A stretch of DNA of 64,000 nucleotides from Burkholderiales bacterium (GTDB lineage: Bacteria; Pseudomonadota; Gammaproteobacteria; Burkholderiales; JAEUOS01): assembly GCA_016790635.1 (NCBI GenBank), contig JAEUOR010000040.1, positions 7,464 through 71,463 on the forward strand. Reading direction: 5' to 3'. The translations under genes and the position numbers were made by a program. A model generated the notes under the pieces. That model saw only the letters and a program-made list of their open reading frames with translations. It searched no databases and was not told the DNA's origin. Positions 1 through 8,680 of the stretch are shown here, piece by piece. Within the stretch, counting starts at the first letter, position 1. Every line of letters begins with the position of its first letter.

Positions 1-975
1 TCATTCGATCGTGCGCTCGGCGCTCAGGCGCACCGCTTGCGGAAACGTCAGGCCGATCGCTTTTGCCGTCTTGAGGTTGAGGACCAGGTCGAAGCGGGTC
101 GGCTGTGCAACCGGCAGGTCGCCCGGCTTGGCGCCCTTCAGAATCTTGTCCACGTACTCCGCGGCACGGCGAAAGTTGTCGGCCACCGAGGCCGAATACG
201 ACATCAGCCCGCCGTCGTCGACGTACTGGGCGCCGGCGAACATGGCCGGTGCCTTCAGGCGCAGGAGATGTTCGGCGATCGCACGGCGCTGGCTGTTGGT
301 GAGCGCGTCGAAGGTCACCGCATAAGCCTGCACGCCCAGCGAAGCGCCGCGCTTGAAAACGGCCTCGAAGTCGCCCGCTTCGCGCACTTCGAGCCGCGTG
401 AGGCGCAACCCCAGTGTGGCCGCACCGGACTCGATGGCCTTGGACTGCACCAGGCTGATCTCGACGCCGGGCGCGTACACCATGCCCACGTGGACACCGG
501 CGGGATGACTCTCCTTGAGCACCTGCAGACGCTTGGGCCACAACTCGGCGGCCATGCTCGACAGGCCGGTCGCATTGCCGCCGGGTTGGCGCAGGCTGGC
601 GGCGAAGCCGCTGCCCACCGGATCGGAGGCGAAGGCAAACACGATCGGAATGGTCTTGGTGCGCTGGGCAAGGAGGCGCCCGGAACCTTCGGCAGGGAAC
701 AGCAGCAGGTCCGGCGCGCTCGCGACCAGATCGTCGGCAAGCGCAGGGCCGGATTGCATGACGCCATTGGCAAAGCGCGCATCGATCTGGTAGTCACGCC
801 CTTCCACCCAGCGCAAGGCGGCCATGCCGGCGCGAAATGCGTCGAGAAAGACCGCGTCGGCCTGCGCGGTGGCGAGCCCCAGATAGCCTATGCGCCGCAC
901 GCGCGCCTGGGCGGACGCGCCAACGGGCGCCCACAGCAGCGCAAGTCCGGTTGCCAGTGCCTGACGTCGTCTCAT
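1..975 (-). CDS. ABC transporter substrate-binding protein (ABC_sub_bind-like periplasmic binding protein)
   Basis: Complete ORF with stop at 1-3 and ATG at 973-975. Signal-like N-terminus MRRRQALATGLALLWAPVGASAQA followed by RIGYLG. Overall resemblance to this binding-protein family. Confidence 0.8.
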   Translation of the reverse strand: MRRRQALATGLALLWAPVGASAQARVRRIGYLGLATAQADAVFLDAFRAGMAALRWVEGRDYQIDARFANGVMQSGPALADDLVASAPDLLLFPAEGSGRLLAQRTKTIPIVFAFASDPVGSGFAASLRQPGGNATGLSSMAAELWPKRLQVLKESHPAGVHVGMVYAPGVEISLVQSKAIESGAATLGLRLTRLEVREAGDFEAVFKRGASLGVQAYAVTFDALTNSQRRAIAEHLLRLKAPAMFAGAQYVDDGGLMSYSASVADNFRRAAEYVDKILKGAKPGDLPVAQPTRFDLVLNLKTAKAIGLTFPQAVRLSAERTIE

Positions 976-1231
976 TTCGGTTGGTTCGGGAAACCCGCGC
1001 GCATCGTTGCAGCCGCGCTCGCAAGTCGAAGTACGATTCTATCCGGGCGCTTCATGTCGGCTCGTGACGACAGCAGATCGATCGCCAGCCCATGCCCGGC
1101 ATTGGCCAGCCGGTCGTCAATGGTCCAAAATACTTCGCAGCCGTGAAATTGCGCGCGGCATTGCGTTTCTTGCGCTCAAGCGACTGGCGCGCACGACCGA
1201 ACCCCAACGTGTAGCCTCAAGAGGAGCAGCA

Positions 1232-2902
1232 GTGACAAGCCAACCCCAACCTCGTGTCTTCGACATGCTCGCCCGCGCCTTCATGCAGGAGGACGTCGGC
1301 ACCTGCTTCGCTCTCCTGGGCGACGCCAACATGAACTGGGCGACGCGCCTCGGCGAGGCCGGCTGCCGCATGGTCTATGTGCGGCACGAACACTGCGCCG
1401 TCGCCGCCGCGATGGCCTATGCGCGCAAGACTTCCGAGGTGGGCGTGGCCACGGTCACCTGCGGCCCGGGCGTCACGCAGGTGATCACTGCGCTGCCGGC
1501 CGCGGTGCGCGCGCGCCTGCCCCTGGTCGTCTTCGCCGGCGAGTCGCCGCTCAAGATGGGCTGGTACAACCAGGCCATCGACCAGGCGCCGCTGATCACG
1601 GCAACCGGCGCCGCGTATCACAGCGCGCACCTGCCGGAGCGCATGCCGGTGCTGGTTCGCGACGCGTTCCTGCAGGCGCGCCGCGAACGGCGCCCGGTCT
1701 TCATCGGCGTTCCCTTCGACCTGCAGGATGGCCCCTGGGCCGGGCCGGACAGATTGCCCGTGCCATCGGCGCGCCTGCTACCGCGCGCCTCGCCGATGCC
1801 GCCGCATCCGGATGATGTGGCGCGCGCTGCCGCGCTGGTGGCCGCCGCGCGGCGCGTGGTGGTCATGGCAGGGCTGGGCGCTGCCGAAGCCGGGGCCGCG
1901 GCGGCCTGTCGCGCGCTGGCGGAGAGGACCGGCGGAATCCTCACCACCACCCTGCCTGCGCGCGGCCTCTTTCACGACGACCCGTTCTGCATCGGCATCA
2001 CCGGCAGTTTCTCCACCGAGGTCGGACTTGAACTCCTGGCCGAGGCCGATCTGGCCATCGTGGTCGGCGCATCGCTGGCCTTTCATGCCGGCGGCGGCGG
2101 GCAACTGTGGAAAAAGGCGCAGACCCTGCACATCGACATCGATCCGTTGGCCGTGAGCCAGGGCCAGGAGGTGGCGCGCCACCACCTGCGCGCCGACGCA
2201 CGCCTGGGCGTCGAGGCGCTAGTCGCGGCGTTGCCGGCACAGGGTTCGCCGTGGCGCTCCGAAGCGATGGCCAGGCGCATCCGCGACACCCCGCCGGACA
2301 GCCATGCCTATGAAATTCCACCCGGACGCCATGACCCGCGCGCCGTGGTGGCGGCGCTGGAAAAGGCACTGCCGGCCGACTGGGAGACGGTCAATTCCTC
2401 GGGCCACTGCTCGTGGTTCTTTGCGCAGATGCCCTCGCGAGCGCAGGAGCGCTTTCTCTCGATTCGCGAGTTCGGCGCCATCGGCAACGGCATCTCGTTT
2501 GCCATGGGTGTCGCGGCGGCGCGTCCGCAGTCCACTGTGGTGCTGTTCGACGGCGACGGCAGCCTGCTCATGCACGTGCAGGAGCTGGAAACCATCAAGC
2601 GCCATCGCATGAACATCCTGATCGTCGTCATGAACGACGGCGCCTACGGGTCGGAAGTGCACAAGATGCGCGCCGAGGGCATGGCCGAGGACGGCGCGGT
2701 GTTCGACTACTGCGACTTCGCGGCGATTGCACGCGGCTTCGGCATGGCCGGCGAGAACGTCCGGGACCTGGACGACCTGCCGCGCCTGGTCGCGGAGTTT
2801 GGCCGGCGCGGTGGCGCAGCGGTGTGGGACTTCCACGTCTCCGACAAGGTGGTCTCGCCCATCATGCGCCGCTCGCACGGCGGCGCGCACCGCAAGGCCT
2901 GA
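1232..2902 (+). CDS. Thiamine pyrophosphate-dependent enzyme (acetolactate synthase / benzoylformate decarboxylase-like)
   Basis: GTG at 1232, in frame with ORF 1007..2902, preceded by GAGGAG at 1221-1226. TPP-binding motif VLFDGDGSLLMHVQ...VVMNDGAYG near the C-terminus. The N-terminal 75 codons of the track ORF were trimmed. Confidence 0.85.
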   Translation: MTSQPQPRVFDMLARAFMQEDVGTCFALLGDANMNWATRLGEAGCRMVYVRHEHCAVAAAMAYARKTSEVGVATVTCGPGVTQVITALPAAVRARLPLVVFAGESPLKMGWYNQAIDQAPLITATGAAYHSAHLPERMPVLVRDAFLQARRERRPVFIGVPFDLQDGPWAGPDRLPVPSARLLPRASPMPPHPDDVARAAALVAAARRVVVMAGLGAAEAGAAAACRALAERTGGILTTTLPARGLFHDDPFCIGITGSFSTEVGLELLAEADLAIVVGASLAFHAGGGGQLWKKAQTLHIDIDPLAVSQGQEVARHHLRADARLGVEALVAALPAQGSPWRSEAMARRIRDTPPDSHAYEIPPGRHDPRAVVAALEKALPADWETVNSSGHCSWFFAQMPSRAQERFLSIREFGAIGNGISFAMGVAAARPQSTVVLFDGDGSLLMHVQELETIKRHRMNILIVVMNDGAYGSEVHKMRAEGMAEDGAVFDYCDFAAIARGFGMAGENVRDLDDLPRLVAEFGRRGGAAVWDFHVSDKVVSPIMRRSHGGAHRKA

Positions 2903-2914
2903 GTGCATTCCGCT

Positions 2915-2948
2915 CCGCGGCGCGGGTATTGCATCGTCCGCGCCGCGG
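2915..2948 (+). other. Perfect 11-bp GC stem-loop (CCGCGGCGCGG, 12-nt loop, CCGCGCCGCGG) 13 nt after the TPP-enzyme stop codon
   Basis: Inverted repeat read directly from the sequence. No U-tract follows, so it is not a canonical intrinsic terminator. It may be an mRNA-stabilising or partial-termination hairpin. Confidence 0.35.
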
Positions 2949-3005
2949 CGGTACCCTGCGTTCAGAAGGAGGTGGCCCGACCCATTCGATCGGGTCCAGG
3001 ACGAC

Positions 3006-3389
3006 ATGGCAGACCAGCCAGGCGGTGTCGAGCATTTCAACCGGACCATCGGCGCACTGCCGGACTCGGTCGCCACCATGCAGCGCCACGCGCCGGCCGC
3101 CTATGCCGCCTATCTCGCGGCACGCGAGAACGTCTACCGCGATCCCCCGGCGGGCAACCTCGACCGCGCCACGACCGAGCTCATCTTCATCGTCTTGGAC
3201 GTCGTCGCCGGACACGAGGAAGGCGCCCTGGCACATGCGGAAGCCGGCGTACGTGCCGGCCTGACCGTCGGGCAGATTACCGAGGCGTTGATGATCGCGG
3301 TCCTGATCAACGGCCACGCGCCCTGGGGCAAGACCGGCTACAAGGTGGTGGAGCATGCCGCCCGGGTGGCCGGGCAATCGTCCACCTGA
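3006..3389 (+). CDS. Carboxymuconolactone decarboxylase (AhpD-like) family protein
   Basis: ATG at 3006 within ORF 2727..3389, after the preceding gene ends. 127-aa protein with AhpD/CMD-like helices (ATTELIFIVLDVVAGHEEGALAHAEAGVRAGLTVGQITEAL). Confidence 0.75.
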   Translation: MADQPGGVEHFNRTIGALPDSVATMQRHAPAAYAAYLAARENVYRDPPAGNLDRATTELIFIVLDVVAGHEEGALAHAEAGVRAGLTVGQITEALMIAVLINGHAPWGKTGYKVVEHAARVAGQSST

Positions 3390-3468
3390 ACGACTGGCGG
3401 GGCATGGCAGCCGCGGCGCCGTGATCGGCCGACGCGGCACACGCGGCCCGGCACGGCGAACGACGTGA

Positions 3469-4188
3469 TCACTGCGCCGCCGCGCCCCTGACGTCGTCGG
3501 CGTCGATGATGACGAGCCCCGTGCCGGTGTCCGGCAGCGAGCGCGCGGCGGCCAGCGCGACCAGACGCGCGCTGGGAGGCTGGTAGCTCTCCGGCATCAG
3601 GCCATGCACCTGGCGCAGCAGGAAAGCCGCCAGCCGCTTGCCGAAGTTGCCCTGGTGCGCGAACTTGTCGGGCGCGGCCGGTCGCACCAGCGCGAGGGTC
3701 TCGAACCCCAGTGCGAAGAGTTCGTACTCGACCAGGTTCATGAGGTTCTTGCGAAACGCCGCGGAGTGCGCATAGATCGCCACCGGCGACACCAGCGCGA
3801 GCCGCTCGATCCCGGCTGCGCGTGCGGCAGCAGCAGCCGGCATCACTTCCGCGATGGAGAGCGCGCGATAGGCCTCGTCCCGCCGGTAGTACGAATGCCT
3901 CTCGCCGATCACGAAGAAGGCATCGCGCACCTGCGGCCAGGGTGCCTCGTGCAGTGCCCGCGTCTCGGGCACGTGGTGGGCCACCAGTTTGCGCGTGGTG
4001 CTGGGCAGCGGCAGGCGCGTGACGGCCACCACCTCGCCATAGTGCGCGCCGCCAAGCAGTTGGTTGACCAGGGCCTCGCCGGTGGCGCCGCACGCACCCA
4101 GCACCAGCGCCCGCGGTGCGGCGGGCGGGCCGGCTTCGCGTTCAGCAGCACCATCCGCCCGCAGGATATTTCCAACCAGTTGATCCAC
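3469..4188 (-). CDS. NAD(P)H-binding Rossmann-fold protein (atypical SDR-like)
   Basis: GTG start at 4188 preceded by GGGAGGGG. Glycine-rich dinucleotide motif LVLGACGATGEALV near the N-terminus. Confidence 0.7.
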   Translation of the reverse strand: MDQLVGNILRADGAAEREAGPPAAPRALVLGACGATGEALVNQLLGGAHYGEVVAVTRLPLPSTTRKLVAHHVPETRALHEAPWPQVRDAFFVIGERHSYYRRDEAYRALSIAEVMPAAAAARAAGIERLALVSPVAIYAHSAAFRKNLMNLVEYELFALGFETLALVRPAAPDKFAHQGNFGKRLAAFLLRQVHGLMPESYQPPSARLVALAAARSLPDTGTGLVIIDADDVRGAAAQ

Positions 4189-4251
4189 GCCCCTCCCGCG
4201 CGGCGGCGCCGCTCGACACTCCAGCGGCCGATTATCACGGCCACGCGCGCT

Positions 4252-4557
<306 letters not shown>

Positions 4558-4607
4558 TTACCTTGCAGGTAATGGACGCGCGAGAGCGTTGGGCTACCAT
4601 TGCGCAC

Positions 4608-5459
4608 ATGATTCCGGCCACACTGCCTGCCAACCAGACCGATCGCCAGCCCGCGCCGGCCGCGCGCAGCGTGGGCGACCTGCTGCGCTCCTGGCGCGCG
4701 CGCAGGCGCGCATCGCAACTCGACCTGGCGACCGACGCCGGCATCTCTCCCCGGCACATGAGCTTTGTCGAGACTGGCCGCTCGCAGCCGAGCCGCGAAC
4801 TGGTGCTGCGCCTGGCCGAGCGCCTGCAAATGCCTCTGCGCGAGCGCAACGCGCTGCTGCACGCGGCGGGCTTTGCGCCGCTCTACTCCGAACGCTCGCT
4901 CTCGGACCCTGCGCTGGGCCCGGCACGCGAGGCCATCGATGCGGTGCTGCGCGGCCACGAGCCCAACCCCGCGCTTGCCGTCGACCGCCGCTGGACCATG
5001 CTGGCCGCCAACCGTGCCGTGGCGCCGCTGCTCAAGGGCATCGCCCCGGACCTGCTGGCCCCGCCCTTGAACGTGCTCAAGCTCTCGCTGCATCCCGCGG
5101 GGCTGGCGCCGCGCATCGTCAACTACGCCGACTGGCGCTCGCACCTGATGGCGCGACTCAAGCGCGACATCGACCTGACCGGCGATCCCGGCATCATCGA
5201 CCTCAAGGAAGAGTTGATGCGCTACCCGGTGCCGGAGCACGCCCGCCTGCAAAAAGCGGGCTCACTGCCTGCGTCGCTGATGGTGGTGCCCCTGATGCTC
5301 GACTTCGGTGGCGCGGTCCTGTCGTTTCTTTCCACCATCACCGTCTTCGGCACGCCCGTGGACGTCACGCTGTCGGAGATCGCGATCGAGTCGTTTTTTC
5401 CGGCCGACGCGGCGACCGCGCAGGCGTTGCGCCAGTCCTTTCCAGCCACTGCCAACTGA
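4608..5459 (+). CDS. XRE-family HTH transcriptional regulator with MmyB-like C-terminal domain
   Basis: HTH segment LRSWRARRRASQLDLATDAGISPRHMSFVETGRSQPS followed by an MmyB-like region (PALAVDRRWTMLAANRA...). The start is either ATG 4608 or ATG 4572. Divergent from atpE. Confidence 0.8.
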   Translation: MIPATLPANQTDRQPAPAARSVGDLLRSWRARRRASQLDLATDAGISPRHMSFVETGRSQPSRELVLRLAERLQMPLRERNALLHAAGFAPLYSERSLSDPALGPAREAIDAVLRGHEPNPALAVDRRWTMLAANRAVAPLLKGIAPDLLAPPLNVLKLSLHPAGLAPRIVNYADWRSHLMARLKRDIDLTGDPGIIDLKEELMRYPVPEHARLQKAGSLPASLMVVPLMLDFGGAVLSFLSTITVFGTPVDVTLSEIAIESFFPADAATAQALRQSFPATAN

Positions 5460-5461
5460 AT

Positions 5462-6247
5462 TCAAGGGCGCGGTGCGACCGGTTTGCCGTCACCGGCGCC
5501 AACGCTCGCCGACCCCGTCACGCGCCGTACTCCCCAGCCGATCGGCTTTCGCGCATTGCCGGGATGCCGCGCGTCCGGCCCCCAGATCGCCTGGTAGGTG
5601 TCCAGGCAGCGTCCGGCGACCTGCAGCCGCGCCGCCACGACAAAAAGCGACAGCCACCACAGGCCGATGACGAGCCACATCCAGCGTGGCGCATCGGCCA
5701 GGGCGAGCCCGGCGACGATGGTGCACACGGCGAGGACCAGGGCCGCGTACCCCGCGGCCTTGTGCACGCGCTCGAACCAGACGCGCTGCGGCGTCATGTC
5801 GTAATGATCACCATGCAGATCGATGATCGACCCATCGGCGGCCAGGCGTGGCGCGGTCGGTCCGCCCTTGCTGCCGCGCAGGTGCGCGCCCAGCAGTTGC
5901 ACCACAGCCAACACCAGCACGCTCCAGCCGGCCAGCGTATGGATGCGAAACAGCGCGTCCGACCGCGCGCTCGCGCCCCACACCAGCCACAGGCCGAGCG
6001 CGGTGGCGGCCAGCGCGGCGTAGTTGAGCCGGCGATGACTGTGCCACCAGAACGTGTTGTCCAACTCATCGGGCCACTTCTGGCGCGGCGTCACCTTGTA
6101 AAAGCGGGCAATCAGAATTGCCAGCGGAACGGCGATGGCCCATGCCGCGACCATCAGGCGCGCGTGCCAGGCCACCGCGGGCGCAATCACGTGCTCAGTT
6201 GCGCCGCTGATCGGCGCGGCGAGCCAGGCCAGCGCCGCCTCGATCAT
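5462..6247 (-). CDS. Cytochrome b561-like multi-histidine integral membrane protein
   Basis: ATG at 6247 (MIEAALAWL...). About six hydrophobic helices with conserved-looking His residues in consecutive helices (WHARLMV, WWHSHRRL, IHTLAGW/GAHLRG, VHKAAGY). The N-terminal extension of the track ORF overlaps the upstream gene and was rejected. Confidence 0.6.
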   Translation of the reverse strand: MIEAALAWLAAPISGATEHVIAPAVAWHARLMVAAWAIAVPLAILIARFYKVTPRQKWPDELDNTFWWHSHRRLNYAALAATALGLWLVWGASARSDALFRIHTLAGWSVLVLAVVQLLGAHLRGSKGGPTAPRLAADGSIIDLHGDHYDMTPQRVWFERVHKAAGYAALVLAVCTIVAGLALADAPRWMWLVIGLWWLSLFVVAARLQVAGRCLDTYQAIWGPDARHPGNARKPIGWGVRRVTGSASVGAGDGKPVAPRP

Positions 6248-6275
6248 GCGCGCCGCCCCACGGGCGAGGTCCGCC

Positions 6276-6611
6276 TCAGGCCTGCCATACGCCGTAGCCC
6301 TTCTCGCGCAGCGCGATCGCCAGCTCGACCTCCATCTCGCACGCCGCCGCATAGGGCATGGGGTTGTAGACCTCGTAGAGTTCGGGCAGCAGGCGCACGC
6401 CATAGCGGCGCACGAAGCCATTGGCCTGGATGCCGGCCTTGTGCTTGTCGAAGCGCACGTCGGGCGACAGCCCGGTCATGCCGACGTAGACACAGGGATT
6501 GCCGTAGCAAAAATCCGGATTGGAGCGGCGAAAGCGCGGTTCATCGAGCACATCCAGGGAAAGAAGCACGACGTAGACGCTGTGGTGGTGGCGGGCTGGG
6601 CGACGCGGCAC
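6276..6611 (-). CDS. Small GIY-YIG-like domain protein
   Basis: 111 aa. VYVVLL ... CVYVGMTGLSPDVRFDKHKAG ... E-x-E-LAIALREKGY resembles the UPF0213/GIY-YIG pattern (YVY...YTGxT...R...H..G). The spacing between the first two motifs is longer than canonical. Confidence 0.5.
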   Translation of the reverse strand: MPRRPARHHHSVYVVLLSLDVLDEPRFRRSNPDFCYGNPCVYVGMTGLSPDVRFDKHKAGIQANGFVRRYGVRLLPELYEVYNPMPYAAACEMEVELAIALREKGYGVWQA

Positions 6612-6645
6612 GGCGCTCGAGGCTTGCTGGCCCGTCGGCCCGGCC

Positions 6646-7707
6646 TCAGGTGCCGCCCGCGGCCGTCATTGCCGGCCGGATGCCCAGGATCTTCTCGAAG
6701 CGCTCGCAATAGGCCGGCCACACCTGCGGATTGACCAGTCGCGGCGGACGCTCGCCACGCAGTGCGCCCACCAGTTGTTCCGCGCCCCAGGCCGCGACAT
6801 TGCGCCGCGCTTCATGCGTGACGCCCGCAGTGTGGAAAGTCGCGGTCACATTGGGCAGCGCAAGCAGCGGATGATCCTGCGGCGGCGGCTCCACCTGCCA
6901 GACGTCCAGGCCCGCGCCGCCGAGATGCCCGGAGCGGATCGCCTCGGCCAGCGCGACCTCGTCGTGCACCCCGCCGCGCGCGGTGGAGATGAGGATCGCA
7001 CCGCGGCGCATGCGCGCCAACGCTGCTGCGCCGATGAGCCCGAGGGTGGCCGGCTCGCGCGGGCAGTGCAGCGAGACGATGTCGGACTGCGCGAGCAGCT
7101 GATCGAGATCGACCGCCTCGGCGCCGCGCGCGGCGATCGTTGCAGCATCGAGAAGCGGGTCGGAGGCCAGCACGCGCAGGCCGAAGGCACGCGCCAGCGC
7201 GGCCACGCGCCGCCCGGTCTCGCCGATTCCCACCAGCCCCAGCGTCTTGCCGCGCAGCTCACGGCCGATGACATCCTCGCGCGAGAAACCGCGCTCGCTG
7301 CGCAGGCGGCGGTTGCATTCGCTGATGCGGCGCATCACGTCGAGCATCAGCCCGAGCGCCATCTCGGCCACCGAATCGGCGTTCGCGCCGGCCTGGTTCA
7401 CCACCGCCACCCCGGCGGCGGTGCAGTCGGGAACCGTGATCGTGTCGTAGCCCGCGCCGGAGGAAGAGACGATCAGCAGCTCCGGGCAACGCGCGAGCAG
7501 CCTGGCATCGACGAAGAGCGCACGCGGCAGTTCGTCCTTGGCCGCCGAGACATGGTAGGCATGCGCGCGCGACAGCATGCGCCAGTCGGTGTCCGCGCCG
7601 CCGTCGGCAAGCAAGTCGAGCCGGATGTCCGTCTCGCGCGCCAGGCGTTCGTCGAAGGCGGGGTTGATCCAGCGCGTTCCGCGCACGACATACTTGGTAG
7701 AGGGCAT
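6646..7707 (-). CDS. D-isomer-specific 2-hydroxyacid dehydrogenase family protein
   Basis: NAD-binding GLVGIGETGRRVA motif. C-terminal catalytic region with ARGG...DE..L and LDVW...EP. Confidence 0.85.
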   Translation of the reverse strand: MPSTKYVVRGTRWINPAFDERLARETDIRLDLLADGGADTDWRMLSRAHAYHVSAAKDELPRALFVDARLLARCPELLIVSSSGAGYDTITVPDCTAAGVAVVNQAGANADSVAEMALGLMLDVMRRISECNRRLRSERGFSREDVIGRELRGKTLGLVGIGETGRRVAALARAFGLRVLASDPLLDAATIAARGAEAVDLDQLLAQSDIVSLHCPREPATLGLIGAAALARMRRGAILISTARGGVHDEVALAEAIRSGHLGGAGLDVWQVEPPPQDHPLLALPNVTATFHTAGVTHEARRNVAAWGAEQLVGALRGERPPRLVNPQVWPAYCERFEKILGIRPAMTAAGGT

Positions 7708-7749
7708 GGGGTGGTGATAGGAAGAGGGTGAAGGCTGTGCGCAGCGACG

Positions 7750-8571
7750 TCAGGCTGGTGTCGCCTGCCGCGCGATGAACTCCCGGCAGGCCACGCCGCA
7801 GCGGCGGATCCATTCGGCGGCGCCGAGTTTGGCGGTACGCTTTTCATGCGGCAGTTCGGCGCAGAGGGGAATTTCGTCCGGCAACACGTCAAGGAGCGCG
7901 CGCAACGGCAGGCCTCCCTCGCCGGGCAATAGGCGCTCATGGCGCGCTGCGTGGATCAGGCCTTCGACCGTCGCGGGCGCCTCGAGCGGCCCGTCGCACA
8001 GCTGCGCGTAGTGGAGCAGGTGCCGCGGAACCGCGCGAAGTGCATCCAGGGTCACCCCGGCGCGCGCGACATGCAGGGCATCGACCAGGACGCCGCCATT
8101 GGGCTGCCCTGCCCCCTCGACGATGCGCAAGGCCGTGGCCAGGTCCGGAGCCTGCGTCCAGGGCATGAATTCGATATCGGCAGTGAGTCCCTGGCGGCGC
8201 GCGGCTTCGCACACCTGGGCAAAGTGCCCGGTGGCGCGGGCGCAGTCGTCATCGTCGATCGCAACCAGGACATGCGCCGCGCCCAGCTCGGCGCCGACCG
8301 CAAAGAGGCCCGCATGGGCGCCGACATCGAAGCGCGGCCCGATGCGCACCATCTCGAGGTCGAGGATGAAGAGCCCGGTGGCGCGCATGGCGGCCAGGGT
8401 CTCGCGCAGCAGCGCGCGATCCTCCATGAGGGGCCAGGCGAGACCGCCGGGCGCCGCCGGTGTCAGGCGCAGGCCGACGCCGTCGAAGCCGGCGGCCGCT
8501 GCCGCGTCAAGCAGGCGCGCGGGCGAGAGCGAAAGCGCGGTCAGCGGTCCCAGGGTCAGCTTGCGGCTCAT
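7750..8571 (-). CDS. Sugar phosphate isomerase/epimerase (xylose isomerase-like TIM barrel)
   Basis: 273-aa ORF with ATG at 8571. Family-level resemblance (AAAAGFDGVGLR..., ...HYAQLCD). Confidence 0.7.
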   Translation of the reverse strand: MSRKLTLGPLTALSLSPARLLDAAAAAGFDGVGLRLTPAAPGGLAWPLMEDRALLRETLAAMRATGLFILDLEMVRIGPRFDVGAHAGLFAVGAELGAAHVLVAIDDDDCARATGHFAQVCEAARRQGLTADIEFMPWTQAPDLATALRIVEGAGQPNGGVLVDALHVARAGVTLDALRAVPRHLLHYAQLCDGPLEAPATVEGLIHAARHERLLPGEGGLPLRALLDVLPDEIPLCAELPHEKRTAKLGAAEWIRRCGVACREFIARQATPA

Positions 8572-8680
8572 CGATCGGGATTGCCTGGCGGGAGAAGAGC
8601 GCCCGGATCAGCAGTACGTGGACAGGGCGGGATTCTGTCACGCCGCGGCGCGACCGCGACGGCCGGCACCTGCCGCGTCC

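Noticed and set aside
6276-6611. GIY-YIG-like ORF as a homing endonuclease or mobile element
   Set aside because: It is too small (111 aa, with no DNA-binding extension). There is no intron or intein context, flanking repeats or recombinase, and its codon usage matches the surrounding genes.
4589-6712. 707-aa plus-strand ORF
   Set aside because: Arg/Ala/Pro/Gly-rich low-complexity translation, typical of off-frame reading in GC-rich DNA. It overlaps three better-supported genes (MmyB regulator, b561-like, GIY-YIG-like) out of frame or antisense.
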